From an uncultured Anaerolineaceae bacterium (lineage in GTDB: Bacteria; Chloroflexota; Anaerolineae; Anaerolineales; E44-bin32): a stretch of 64,000 nt of DNA. The stretch is taken from positions 39,853-103,852 of the forward strand of contig CAZPZD010000001.1 in NCBI GenBank assembly GCA_964590515.1, read 5' to 3'. The translations under genes were made by a program, and so were the position numbers. This document shows, one piece after another, positions 18,392 through 28,203 of the stretch (position 1 is the first letter of the stretch; the number at the start of each line of letters is the position of its first letter). The notes under the pieces were generated by a model that was given only the letters and a program-made list of their open reading frames with translations, was not told the DNA's origin and did no database searches.

Positions 18392-19212
18392 GGGTGGGCC
18401 ACTTCACCCACCACCGAATACCGCTCGGCTGACAACTGCTGGCTACGCTGGATTTCGGCGGGAGTCGGCTGGCCTTCGATCAGGTCGAGCTCCAGTGCTT
18501 CTCGAAATCCAGCTGCCAAGGCTCGAGCCGCTGACTCCCAGCCGATCCGCCGGCCGAGCGCCTGCTCGACCGTCGCGGCCGACTGTCGGACAGATAGCTG
18601 CGCCTGTTCTCGATCGGACAGATGGAGCACCAAACAAATCCTGCCAAGGTCGCCCGCCAAGGGAAGCGAGCCGTGCTGCAGCACGGCACCCGACCGGCGC
18701 AGCTGGGCAGACCCGAATAGTTTCCGGCCGGCCCAGGTAAGTTCGAAGGGGCCCGGCACTTCAAAACAGATTGGACTGGAACCATTCATGGGGGGAGACC
18801 GGTTCGGGCTCAATCGCAGCTCAGCCCCTAACCCGAGCAGCTCGAGTCCGTGGAAGAGAGCTGCGCTGAGCCTTTTGTAGCTTGCCAACACCCCGCCGGC
18901 GAAGATCGGATCGACAGCCACCCCGGACACCGAGTACGTGAGTTCATCCGCGTGCAGGATGGCCTTTCCTCCGGTCGGGCGGCGGACGAGGTTCCAGCCC
19001 AGTTCGCCCAAGCTCCGGAGATCGACCGATTCAATGGACTGAGCGTGTCCCAGGGAGAGACAGGGCGGAGCCCAGGCGTAGAGCCGCAAAGTAGCGGGAG
19101 ACTCGCCGGCCGCGACCCTCTCCAAGATTGCTTGGTCCAGCGCCATGTTCTCCGCTCCCGTGGCCGGCGGGGAGCTGATCAGGCGCCAGCGATCTTGAGC
19201 CATGCGCGGCAT
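18388..19212 (-). CDS. lipoate-protein ligase / octanoyltransferase family protein (BPL_LplA_LipB domain)
   Basis: NMALDQAILERV...LRLYAWAPPCLSLGHAQS...RRPTGGKAILH follows the LplA/LipM family pattern. The start is uncertain (19212 or 19203). Confidence 0.78.
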   Translation of the reverse strand: MPRMAQDRWRLISSPPATGAENMALDQAILERVAAGESPATLRLYAWAPPCLSLGHAQSIESVDLRSLGELGWNLVRRPTGGKAILHADELTYSVSGVAVDPIFAGGVLASYKRLSAALFHGLELLGLGAELRLSPNRSPPMNGSSPICFEVPGPFELTWAGRKLFGSAQLRRSGAVLQHGSLPLAGDLGRICLVLHLSDREQAQLSVRQSAATVEQALGRRIGWESAARALAAGFREALELDLIEGQPTPAEIQRSQQLSAERYSVVGEVAHP

Positions 19213-19268
19213 TATACCTACCGGACCGGTATGGTAGACTGCCCGCGAACTCGCCCCGGCCGCACCCC

Positions 19269-20555
19269 ATGACCAGCCCGCAATCTATATCCTCCCAAGT
19301 GTGCCTCGGCTCCCTGCTCTGGGTACTGCTGCTGACCGGGTGTTCGGCGATCGGGCCTGTCCCGACGGTCACCATCCAGGCGCCGACCCCGACTGCGACT
19401 GCGGCGCCGACCACAACGCCGCTGAAGACCGAGGCGGTCGAAGACCTCCCGAGCACGTTGAGTATCTGGGTGGCTTGGGGCCCGCAAGGAGTGACGGCGC
19501 TTAACGAGCTTATTCGCGCGTTCCAGTCCGACCAGCCAGGTGCAAGTTTCGCTGTCGCCTACGTTCGGGCGGATGAACTCCGGGAGACCATTGAGCAAGC
19601 TGCCGCCGAGGGGCAGCTGCCCTCTCTGTTCTTCGCTCCATCCGAGTGGGGGCCCGAGTTGCTTCAAGGCGGGATGATCCGCGACCTTGCCGACCAGCCG
19701 GTTGATCAGATCCGGGCGATCGTCCACGGCTTGGCCTGGAGTCAAGTACTCCATGGCGATTCAGTGCTGGGGCTGCCAGTCCAGCTTGACGGAAATGTGC
19801 TCTACCGCAACCGCGAATTGTCCCCGGTACCGGCGGCCTCGGTTGAGGGCTTGGTCGAATCGTCCCGCGGGTTTCGCGGCACTCAGGTTGTCGGGATGAA
19901 TCTCGACTACGGATACTCGACTATCGTCCCATTCGGAACCGCCTGCGGAGGCCAGCTTATCCAACCTGGGTCGCTGCCCGATTTGCAAGGAGCCCTCGGG
20001 CCCTGTTGGTTGGCATTGCTTCAAGAACTGAGTCGGGTGGGTCCGGTCACGTTCAATTCAGACCTCGACCGAGAAGCCTTTCGGTCCGGCCAGGCAGGCT
20101 GGCTGATCGAAAGCACCGAGCTGTACGAGACCCTCGCCGCGGAGCTCGGCCAGGCAACAATCGCGGTGGATCCATGGCCGATCTATGAGGCTTCGGGTGA
20201 ACCGCTCGCTGGATTCGTGTGGGGTGAAAATCTCTACTTTCGGAATGGAATGGATCCGGCCGAAACCAAGCTCGCCTGGGAGTTCGCGACTTTCCTGCTA
20301 TCTGCCGAATCGCAGCAAGCGCTTAGCAGTCCGGTCGGCGCCGGAAACCTCCCAGTTCATGCGGGCAATTTCCCGCTGGTCGGAGTGTACGGGCAGATGT
20401 ACCAGGCGCTGCTGGGAGGCGTCCCCCGGCCGCTGGACCCGCCGCCGGTAGAAATCGCCGATATCCTGGAGCGGGCGGCTCGAGCCGTCGCAGTCCAGGG
20501 GACTTCGGTCGAGATTGCGCTGCGCCGTGCGCTGGAAGAACTCGCAGATGTATAA
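19269..20555 (+). CDS. extracellular solute-binding lipoprotein (ABC substrate-binding, family 1-like), orphan
   Basis: Lipobox LLLTGC and a Pro/Thr linker. The overall pattern resembles sugar-type SBPs. There are no adjacent permease or ATPase genes. Confidence 0.6.
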   Translation: MTSPQSISSQVCLGSLLWVLLLTGCSAIGPVPTVTIQAPTPTATAAPTTTPLKTEAVEDLPSTLSIWVAWGPQGVTALNELIRAFQSDQPGASFAVAYVRADELRETIEQAAAEGQLPSLFFAPSEWGPELLQGGMIRDLADQPVDQIRAIVHGLAWSQVLHGDSVLGLPVQLDGNVLYRNRELSPVPAASVEGLVESSRGFRGTQVVGMNLDYGYSTIVPFGTACGGQLIQPGSLPDLQGALGPCWLALLQELSRVGPVTFNSDLDREAFRSGQAGWLIESTELYETLAAELGQATIAVDPWPIYEASGEPLAGFVWGENLYFRNGMDPAETKLAWEFATFLLSAESQQALSSPVGAGNLPVHAGNFPLVGVYGQMYQALLGGVPRPLDPPPVEIADILERAARAVAVQGTSVEIALRRALEELADV

Positions 20556-20587
20556 TCCTCGGCCGAAACCTCTTAAGGTGGCCGAGG

Positions 20588-22918
20588 ATGCACCTGGTCT
20601 TCACCCACGAACAAGCGGACTTTGATGCAATGGCCTCGCTGTGGGCGGTGTCTCGGCTAGACCCGGGAGCCGTTCCGGTTCAGCCCAGCCTCCTCAATCC
20701 GAATGTCCACCGCTATCTGACCCTGTACGGTGAGCACTACTCCTTCGCCGACCTGAAGGAGCTCAAACTCACGCGGCTGGTCCAGTTGACGGTGGTTGAC
20801 ACCCAAATTCCTCCAACAGTCGCACTCATCAACTCTCGTATTTCAGTCCACGTGATCGACCACCACATACGCGCCGCGGGGCTGAACCCGGGTTGGTCGG
20901 TGCAGATCGAGCCGGTGGGAGCTACCTCGACCTTGCTGATCGAAGCTCTGATTGAAAAGGGAGTGCTGTTGACCGGCGAAGGGGCAACCCTGATGCTGCT
21001 CGGGATCTATGAAGAAACCGGCTCACTCGCCTATCCGGGGACAACTGCCCGAGATGCCCGGGCCGCGGCCTGGTTGCTCGAGCAGGGTGCCAGTCTGGCC
21101 GTCGCCGGCGAATTCCTGAAACCGCCGCCAATCGGTCAGCCCCGCGAATTGCCGCCTCTGGCATTGGAAGGAACAGCGCTCAATTCGGAGGAGGCCATGT
21201 CCCGGTCCCCCGGGACCGTGGCCGGGATCATGTCGCGCGGTCCGCACTTGCTGCGGCCGACGCTGAGAGTGAGCCAAGCGGCCGATCAAATGCAGCGGTT
21301 TGGTCACGAAGGTTATCCGGTGATCGAAGCCGGTCAGGTTGTTGGCTTGCTCACCCGTCGGGCCGTGGACCGCGCTATGGCCCACGGCATGGGAGCCCGG
21401 CCCGTATCCGAAATCATGGAGGCCGGCAGTCTGGTCGTGCACCCGGATGATACCGTTCGGCAACTTCAACAGCTGATGGTCCAACACCAATGGGGGCAGG
21501 TGCCGGTTGCCGACCCGAAGTCGGGTGAGATCATCGGCATCGTGACCCGGACCGACCTGTTGAACTCACTGAGCGGAGGAATCCACCCCAATGGGTCCGT
21601 GAACCTGGCGGCTCGCCTGGAGCGCGCCCTGCCGGCTGGCCGACTGGCGCTGCTGAAATTGCTCGCCAGCGAGGCCGAGCGGATTGATTCCGCCCTTTAC
21701 CTGGTGGGCGGTTTTGTCCGTGACCTGCTGCTCGACTCCCCCCCGGTAGACTTCGACCTGGTGTTCGAAGGCGACGCCATCCGATTGGCGACGACTCTGG
21801 CTGCCAAGTTCGGCGGAAGAGTCAGCAGTCACCCTCGCTTCGGGACCGCCAAGTGGCGGCTCGATTCCGGCCATCCTTTGCTCGTTTCTGCGATCGGATC
21901 GGCGCCGGCCGGCCTCCCCGAGATCTTGGATCTTGTTTCGGCTCGAACCGAGTTCTACCCCCATCCGTCCGCCCTGCCATCGGTGACCGAAGGAAGCATC
22001 AAACTCGACCTGCACCGCCGGGACTTCAGTGTCAACACCCTTGCCCTTCGGCTGGACGGCGCTCACTTTGGTGAGCTGTTGGACTACTGGGGGGGTGGGC
22101 GAGACCTGGGCGAGCGGCAAATCCGGGTGCTGCACTCGCTGAGTTTCGTCGATGACCCAACTCGGATGTTACGGGCCGTCCGCCTCGAACAACGGCTCGG
22201 TTTTTCGATCGAGGCGCGGACTATGCAGTTAATCGGCCATGCTCTTCCGCTGCTCGATAGCGTGAGTGGAGAGCGGATTCGGGCCGAGCTGGCCGATATC
22301 CTGGCGGAGGGCCAAGAGAACCGGATCATGTCCCGGTTGGCGGAGCTTGGCCTGCTCCGTGCCATCTCCCCGGGGCTCGAATGGGACGATTGGATTGAGG
22401 CTCGTTTCACGTCCGTCGCCGAGTTCGAGCCGCCGACGAATTGGCGGCTTGCCGGCCGACCCTCGGCCGAGCGTCTCAAATACGCCCTCTGGCTCTACCG
22501 GCTTCCTCGCCAGGACGCCGAGTTGATCTGCGCCCGACTGGCCTTCAGTCAAGCCGACCGAATGGTCGTTGTCTCCGCTGGCCGGCACGGTTGCGGGCTG
22601 GCGGATGGCAGCTCGCCAAGCCGAATTGTGGCCTGCCTGGAATCGGTGCCGGAGGACGCGTTGGTCGCAGAGTGGCTGGCACTCGAAGCCGGGGCCGAGG
22701 CGAGGGTGACCATCGAGCGATTCCTGGCCGGCTGGCGCTGGGTGAGGCAGCGCACCGACGGCGATCGATTGCGGCAGCTGGGATTGGCCGCCGGACCAGC
22801 CTACGGCCAGATCCTGAGTGAGCTGCGGGTGGCCTGGCTGGATGGCCGCATCCGATCCGAGGCCGAGGAAGATCGTCTGCTGAATCAGTTAATTGAGGAG
22901 CATGGCGGACGTGGATAG
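20588..22918 (+). CDS. DHH phosphoesterase - CBS pair - tRNA nucleotidyltransferase/poly(A) polymerase fusion protein
   Basis: N-terminal DHH motifs (HEQADFDAMAS, VIDHH), a CBS pair in the middle region (VMSRGP...GYPVIE..., HQWGQVPV), then the PolyA_pol head YLVGGFVRDLLL..DFDLV and RDFSVNTLA. Confidence 0.8.
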   Translation: MHLVFTHEQADFDAMASLWAVSRLDPGAVPVQPSLLNPNVHRYLTLYGEHYSFADLKELKLTRLVQLTVVDTQIPPTVALINSRISVHVIDHHIRAAGLNPGWSVQIEPVGATSTLLIEALIEKGVLLTGEGATLMLLGIYEETGSLAYPGTTARDARAAAWLLEQGASLAVAGEFLKPPPIGQPRELPPLALEGTALNSEEAMSRSPGTVAGIMSRGPHLLRPTLRVSQAADQMQRFGHEGYPVIEAGQVVGLLTRRAVDRAMAHGMGARPVSEIMEAGSLVVHPDDTVRQLQQLMVQHQWGQVPVADPKSGEIIGIVTRTDLLNSLSGGIHPNGSVNLAARLERALPAGRLALLKLLASEAERIDSALYLVGGFVRDLLLDSPPVDFDLVFEGDAIRLATTLAAKFGGRVSSHPRFGTAKWRLDSGHPLLVSAIGSAPAGLPEILDLVSARTEFYPHPSALPSVTEGSIKLDLHRRDFSVNTLALRLDGAHFGELLDYWGGGRDLGERQIRVLHSLSFVDDPTRMLRAVRLEQRLGFSIEARTMQLIGHALPLLDSVSGERIRAELADILAEGQENRIMSRLAELGLLRAISPGLEWDDWIEARFTSVAEFEPPTNWRLAGRPSAERLKYALWLYRLPRQDAELICARLAFSQADRMVVVSAGRHGCGLADGSSPSRIVACLESVPEDALVAEWLALEAGAEARVTIERFLAGWRWVRQRTDGDRLRQLGLAAGPAYGQILSELRVAWLDGRIRSEAEEDRLLNQLIEEHGGRG

Positions 22919-23414
22919 ATCTCCTACGGTAGTAATTCGGCTCGCCACAGAAGCGGATCTCCCCGCGCTGGAGTGGGATGGGGAGTACGTCCATTACCGT
23001 CGCCTGTTCAAGAAGGCGATGGCTGAGACCCGCCGAGGCCGCCGGTTGCTGCTTCTCGCTGCGGTGGACGGGCAGATCGTCGGCCAAATCTTTGTCCAGC
23101 TGTCCACCAGGTTGGCCTTTTCTTCCTCCGGAACTGCCTCGGGCTACCTGTATGCCTTCCGGGTAAAAGGCCCGCACCGCAACGAGGGGATCGGAACCCA
23201 ACTGATCCAGGAGGCGGAGTGTCAGTTGCGCAGGCTCGGTTATGGAAGGGTCGTGATCTCCGTTGCCAAGCGAAATACCTCCGCCAGACGCCTTTATCAG
23301 CGACTGAACTACCAGGTTTTTTCGGAGGATCCCGGCGAGTGGTCTTACCAGGACCACCTTGGCCAGCTCCGCGAAGTAAGCGAACCGGCGATTGTGCTGG
23401 AGAAATGGCTCTGA
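22902..23414 (+). CDS. GNAT family N-acetyltransferase
   Basis: Motif A is AFRVKGPHRNEGIGTQLIQEAE. The start is uncertain (TTG 22893 or ATG 22902), and the gene overlaps the end of the upstream gene. Confidence 0.75.
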   Translation: MADVDRSPTVVIRLATEADLPALEWDGEYVHYRRLFKKAMAETRRGRRLLLLAAVDGQIVGQIFVQLSTRLAFSSSGTASGYLYAFRVKGPHRNEGIGTQLIQEAECQLRRLGYGRVVISVAKRNTSARRLYQRLNYQVFSEDPGEWSYQDHLGQLREVSEPAIVLEKWL

Positions 23415-23544
23415 ACTAGCCCTCGCCGGCCCCCTCCGCCTTCTTTGCAATTTTCAAGAACCGTGCCAGAGTCTGCGGCGGCACTGCCGATGCCGGAGCA
23501 GCACGCCTGGCACGGTTCTTGAACCGTGTCCGGGTGCCGTTCCA

Positions 23545-25098
23545 ATGGTGAACCGTCAACCAATCATGATCCGGAAGAGGCTGCCGCGACCGCGGCTGGC
23601 ACTGCAGTTCCTGCTTCTGGCAGCTCTTGCCTGCGCCCGCAGCGATGAACCGATCGTGATCCTTGGGGTCGAACTTGGCGGCCGGCCGGGAGAGTCGGGG
23701 GCGAAAGCGCCGACCGAGTTCGGGGGATCCGAGTTCCCGGAGGTGGTTGAAGTGCCGTATTCGACTCCGACACCGGATCCGGTTCGACCAGGCACTGAGC
23801 GCCAGGAAATTCCGGAGTGGTATACCGTTCGTCCGGGAGACTCGTTGAACGCAATCGCAGGCCGCATGGGTATTGGGATGAGCCAAATCATGGTCGCCAA
23901 CGGTCTGGATAATCCAAACTTGTTGGCCGCGGGCCAGATCCTTTGGCTGCCAACCCCAATCCCGCAGCCTCCAGGACCCAGCTTCAAGATCATCCCCGAT
24001 TCGGAGTTGGTAAACGGCCCGACCGGTGCCGCGTTCGATACTTTCCCATTGATCGCGGTGTGGGATGGGGCCCTTCACCGCACTCGCGAGACCATGAACG
24101 GGAGTGAACAGAGCGGGGCTCAGATCGTTCAGTGGGTGGCCGAAAAATACTCGGTCAGTCCCCGCCTGCTGGTAGCGCTGCTCGAGTATCAGGGCGGTTG
24201 GCTGACTCGCCCTGAGCCGGCCCCGGAACGGCTGACCTACCCGCTCGGCTTCGCCCGCCCAGGATACGAGGGACTGTATTACCAGCTTGCCTGGGCGGCC
24301 GATCAGTTGAACCAGGGGTACTACTCGTGGCGGGCGGGATGGGCCGGCCCGTACATTCTTTCGGATGGCACCGCCATTGATCCAGGCCCCGGGATTAACG
24401 CCGGGACGGCTGCGGTCCAAGGGCTGTTTGCCCAGCTCTATCCGGGAGATCTCTGGCGGGGTGTATCCGACGAGAACGGTTTCTATCGGGTATACGAGAT
24501 TCTCTTCGGAGTTCCCTTTGGAATCGCCACCGATCCGCTGCTCCCGGACGACCTCCAACAGCCTGAGCTGCAGCTTCCTTTCGAACCCGGCCGGACCTGG
24601 TCATTCACCGGCGGACCCCACAGTGGCTGGGGGAACTGGGCTGCCTGGTCGGCGCTTGACTTTGCCCCGCCCGGAGAGGCCCTCGGCTGTGTGCAGTCCA
24701 ATGAGTGGGTGGTCGCGGTCGCCGATGGTCGGATCCTTCGATCCGCAAACGGCGAGGTTGTTCAAGACCTGGATGGTGATGGCTTGGAAGGCACCGGCTG
24801 GGTCATCCAGTACTTGCACCTCGAGACTCGCGATCGGGTCCCGTTGGGGGCCGAGCTGCATGCTGGCGATCGGATCGGCCACCCCTCGTGCGAAGGCGGT
24901 GTTTCGAGTGGCACTCACCTGCATCTCTCGCGGAAATACAACGGGGAGTGGATCCCGGCAGACGGGAATCTGCCGTTCATCATGGATGGCTGGGTATCGG
25001 CCGGATTGGGTTCACCTTATGACGGAACTCTGAGTCGAGATGGAATCAACCTTGAAGCCTGCTCCTGCCGCTTCCCGATCAATCAGATCTCGCGCTGA
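23545..25098 (+). CDS. LysM + M23/LytM-like metallopeptidase lipoprotein, paralog 1
   Basis: Signal peptide and lipobox (LAALAC), LysM (YTVRPGDSLNAIAGRMG...ILWLP), a conserved middle region, and a C-terminal FTGGPH...ALDFAP...SGTHLHLSRKYNGEW. Confidence 0.8.
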   Translation: MVNRQPIMIRKRLPRPRLALQFLLLAALACARSDEPIVILGVELGGRPGESGAKAPTEFGGSEFPEVVEVPYSTPTPDPVRPGTERQEIPEWYTVRPGDSLNAIAGRMGIGMSQIMVANGLDNPNLLAAGQILWLPTPIPQPPGPSFKIIPDSELVNGPTGAAFDTFPLIAVWDGALHRTRETMNGSEQSGAQIVQWVAEKYSVSPRLLVALLEYQGGWLTRPEPAPERLTYPLGFARPGYEGLYYQLAWAADQLNQGYYSWRAGWAGPYILSDGTAIDPGPGINAGTAAVQGLFAQLYPGDLWRGVSDENGFYRVYEILFGVPFGIATDPLLPDDLQQPELQLPFEPGRTWSFTGGPHSGWGNWAAWSALDFAPPGEALGCVQSNEWVVAVADGRILRSANGEVVQDLDGDGLEGTGWVIQYLHLETRDRVPLGAELHAGDRIGHPSCEGGVSSGTHLHLSRKYNGEWIPADGNLPFIMDGWVSAGLGSPYDGTLSRDGINLEACSCRFPINQISR

Positions 25099-26680
25099 GG
25101 GCCTTCCGCGATTTGGCCTCAGCCTGCGCCGGCGAGCCTGGTTGGCCTGTGGCGCGGCTGTGAGCGTGGCCATCCTGGCCTGCACTCGATCGGATTTGCC
25201 TGATACCGGCGGGACCGGTTCGGGCGGCGAACCCGTAGTTCAATCCCCGGTTGTGGAGTCGGTGCCTCCGACCGTATTGCCGACCCCAGCAGGGGAACCC
25301 ACGGCAACTCCGACGCCCCCAGGTCCGGAGCCGATCGTCTCCCCCACTTTCCCACCCACCCCTACCCAAGGGGTCCAGTCCTCGAGCGAGAACATCCTGT
25401 ACCGGACGCAGCCAGGTGACGTGCTGCGAAGCGTTGCGGTTCGGTTTGGTGTGCTGCCGGCCGACATCCTCTTCCCAGATGGGAATCGGCTCGCCGATAA
25501 CGCGCTGCTCTCGGCGGGCGAAAACCTGTTCATCCCGCGTCGGCTAGGTCCCACTGGGCCGGCTGAACAGCTGCTGCCGAACAGCGAGCTGGTCTACTCG
25601 CCGCACGCAAGCGACTTTGATGTTTCCAGTTTCGTCGAGTCACAGGGCGGCTTCCTTAGCGAGTATCAAGAGATCGTCGCCAAGCGCAGCCGGAGCGGAG
25701 CGGAGGTGGTCGCGCTCGCGGCCCGAGATCACAGTGTAAATCCACGGGCGCTGCTGGCGCTATTGGAGTATCACTCCGGATGGGTTAGCCAGCCCGCTCG
25801 CCCGCTGGGGAATGCCCTCAACTTCCCCCTGGGCCATCTTGCCCCAGAGAGCCAAGGCCTGTATCGCCAGCTCACTTGGCTGGCGAATGAGCTGGGGACG
25901 GGCTACTACGGATGGCGAGCGGGGACTCTGACCGAGTTGCTCTTCCCAGACAGCTCGCTCGTTCGCTTGTCGCCCGAGCTCAACGCCGGAACCGTCGCTC
26001 TGCAATATTACTTTTCGCTTCGAACTTCCGGTCGGTCATGGGCAGAGGCAGTCTCGATGACGGGCTTCATTGAGACTTATTGGCGGTTGTTCGGTGATCC
26101 CTTCGACTACGCTCACCCCTTATACGAAGTTGGGATCCAGCAGCCCGAGCTGATCCTCCCGTTCCTCAAGGGTCGAATCTGGGCCTTTACCGGAGGCCCG
26201 CACGGCGCCTGGGAACGGGAATCGGCTTGGGCGGCGCTCGATTTCGCTCCCTCCTCGCTCGAACCCGGATGCACCGATTCCGATGACTGGGTCTTGGCCG
26301 CCGCCGCCGGGTTGGTGGTCAGGAGCGGAAGCGGGGTGGTTGTCCTGGATCTCGACGCCGACGGCGAAGAACAGACGGGTTGGAATCTCTTATATCTTCA
26401 TCTTGGGGCAGACCTGCTTGTGCAGGAAGGACAATTGGTCGAGCAAGGAGATTTGATCGGCCATCCTTCCTGTGAGGGTGGGGTCGCCACCGGCACCCAC
26501 GTTCACCTGGCTCGCAAGTACAATGGCGAATGGATCCTGGCCGACGGTCCGTTGCCGTTTACGCTCAGTGGATGGGTCGCACAGGCGGGTTCGAAGCCAT
26601 ATCAAGGGGCACTGATCAAAGGGGATCAAGTCGTTATCGCTTGTACCTGCGCCAGCCGAGAGACCAACATAAGTCGATGA
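25040..26680 (+). CDS. LysM + M23/LytM-like metallopeptidase lipoprotein, paralog 2
   Basis: Same architecture as paralog 1: lipobox AILAC, LysM YRTQPGDVLRSVAVRFG, and GTHVHLARKYNGEW. The start is ATG 25040 or TTG 25052, and both overlap paralog 1. Confidence 0.8.
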   Translation: MESTLKPAPAASRSIRSRAEGLPRFGLSLRRRAWLACGAAVSVAILACTRSDLPDTGGTGSGGEPVVQSPVVESVPPTVLPTPAGEPTATPTPPGPEPIVSPTFPPTPTQGVQSSSENILYRTQPGDVLRSVAVRFGVLPADILFPDGNRLADNALLSAGENLFIPRRLGPTGPAEQLLPNSELVYSPHASDFDVSSFVESQGGFLSEYQEIVAKRSRSGAEVVALAARDHSVNPRALLALLEYHSGWVSQPARPLGNALNFPLGHLAPESQGLYRQLTWLANELGTGYYGWRAGTLTELLFPDSSLVRLSPELNAGTVALQYYFSLRTSGRSWAEAVSMTGFIETYWRLFGDPFDYAHPLYEVGIQQPELILPFLKGRIWAFTGGPHGAWERESAWAALDFAPSSLEPGCTDSDDWVLAAAAGLVVRSGSGVVVLDLDADGEEQTGWNLLYLHLGADLLVQEGQLVEQGDLIGHPSCEGGVATGTHVHLARKYNGEWILADGPLPFTLSGWVAQAGSKPYQGALIKGDQVVIACTCASRETNISR

Positions 26681-28137
26681 GGCCTTGGCCCCTGGTCGTG
26701 GGGGCGCTTATGCTTGGCGCCTGTTCCGCGCCCGGCCCACTCCTGAGCTCTCCTTCCCCAGCCTCACCGCCAACCCCGCGAGCAGAGCTCACCCCACTTC
26801 CGACCCGCGGCCCCCATCCACCTGGAGAATTGGTTCCATATGCGGCCCAGAGCGGCGATACGCTTGCTGCGATCGCGGCGCATTTCAACAGCTCGGTCGA
26901 GGCCATCCTGCAAGCGAACCCAGATCTGCCAGACACTATTTCGACCCTGGCCCCCGGTCGGCCCCTTTCGGTACCAGCCTATTACCTCCCGCTGACCGGG
27001 ACCCCATTCCAAATCTTGCCCGACAGCGCGGTGATCAACGGCCCGACGGCGATCGGTTTCGATATTCGGCGCGAAATGCAGGCGCGGGCGGGCTTCGGCG
27101 CCAATCTGTCGGACTACGCCTATCGGTTAGAACGGCCGGCTTGGGAAGTGGTGGAGGTTATTGCCCGCAACTACTCGATCAACCCTCGCTTGCTGCTCGC
27201 ATTGCTTGAGTACCGCACCGGCGCGCTTTCCAATCCATTTCCGGAAGAAGTGGCGGAGACTTACCCGCTGGGATTGAACAACCTGCGCTACCAGGGTCTT
27301 TTCCGACAGCTGCTCTGGGTGGCCGAACGGCTCAACGACGGGTACTACGGATGGCGGGCCGGGACGCTGCGCGAGTTCGACACGGCCGATGGCATGCTCT
27401 ATCGCCCCGACGCGTGGCAGAACGCAGGAACGGTCGCGGTCCAGCTGGCCCTGGCCGGATTGCTCGATGCCCCGGAATTTGAGGACGCAGTGGGTCCGCA
27501 AGGTTTCGCCGCGACCTACTCCAGCCTCTGGGGGGATCCGTCCTCGGCCTCCCTCGATTTGATCCCGGCCAATTTAGAGCAACCTGATCTTGGGCTCCCG
27601 TTTCTTCCTAATCGCATTTGGGATTTCACCGGGGGGCCGCACTATTCCTGGGGCACCAGCCTGCCGCTCGGCGCCTTGGATTTCGGCCCACCGGCGGTCC
27701 TCAGCGGTTGCGAACCTTCCCTGGAATGGGTGGCGGCGCCTGCTGCGGGGGTTGTAACCCGCAGCGAGGAGTCCATTGTGGTGCTCGACCTGGACCTGGA
27801 CGGTGACGAGCGGACCGGTTGGAGTTTGTTCTTTTTCCATATCGCGACCGAAGGCAGGGTTGAAGTGGGCGCCGAGGTCAAATTCGGGGATCTGCTGGGG
27901 CGGCCCTCCTGCGAAGGCGGCACGGCTACTGGAACCCACTTCCACCTGGCGCGCCGCTACAACGGCGAGTGGATGCCGGCCGATGGGGCTGTGCCGTTCG
28001 TGCTCGACGGCTGGGTCGCCAAGCAAGGGGATGCGATTTACGAAGGATCCTTGCTCAAGGGGTCCAACGTCGTGGCCGCCTGCACCTGCTCGACTCGGGC
28101 GAACCGGATCCTCTATGAGCCTCCGGGAGGAGGCTAG
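26677..28137 (+). CDS. LysM + M23/LytM-like metallopeptidase lipoprotein, paralog 3
   Basis: MRPWPLVVGALMLGACS lipobox, LysM YAAQSGDTLAAIAAHFN, and GTHFHLARRYNGEW. An ATGA start/stop overlap joins it to paralog 2. Confidence 0.82.
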   Translation: MRPWPLVVGALMLGACSAPGPLLSSPSPASPPTPRAELTPLPTRGPHPPGELVPYAAQSGDTLAAIAAHFNSSVEAILQANPDLPDTISTLAPGRPLSVPAYYLPLTGTPFQILPDSAVINGPTAIGFDIRREMQARAGFGANLSDYAYRLERPAWEVVEVIARNYSINPRLLLALLEYRTGALSNPFPEEVAETYPLGLNNLRYQGLFRQLLWVAERLNDGYYGWRAGTLREFDTADGMLYRPDAWQNAGTVAVQLALAGLLDAPEFEDAVGPQGFAATYSSLWGDPSSASLDLIPANLEQPDLGLPFLPNRIWDFTGGPHYSWGTSLPLGALDFGPPAVLSGCEPSLEWVAAPAAGVVTRSEESIVVLDLDLDGDERTGWSLFFFHIATEGRVEVGAEVKFGDLLGRPSCEGGTATGTHFHLARRYNGEWMPADGAVPFVLDGWVAKQGDAIYEGSLLKGSNVVAACTCSTRANRILYEPPGGG

Positions 28138-28163
28138 CCGGCGACTTGCAGTCGCAGGTAGCC

Positions 28164-28172
28164 TGTGATAAT
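28164..28172 (+). promoter_or_regulatory. extended -10 promoter element TGtGATAAT upstream of nusA
   Basis: TGTGATAAT at 28164-28172 lies between the upstream stop (28137) and the hairpin at 28204. Confidence 0.4.
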
Positions 28173-28203
28173 ATTCAGCTGTTCGGCCTGATGGTGTGGT
28201 TCC

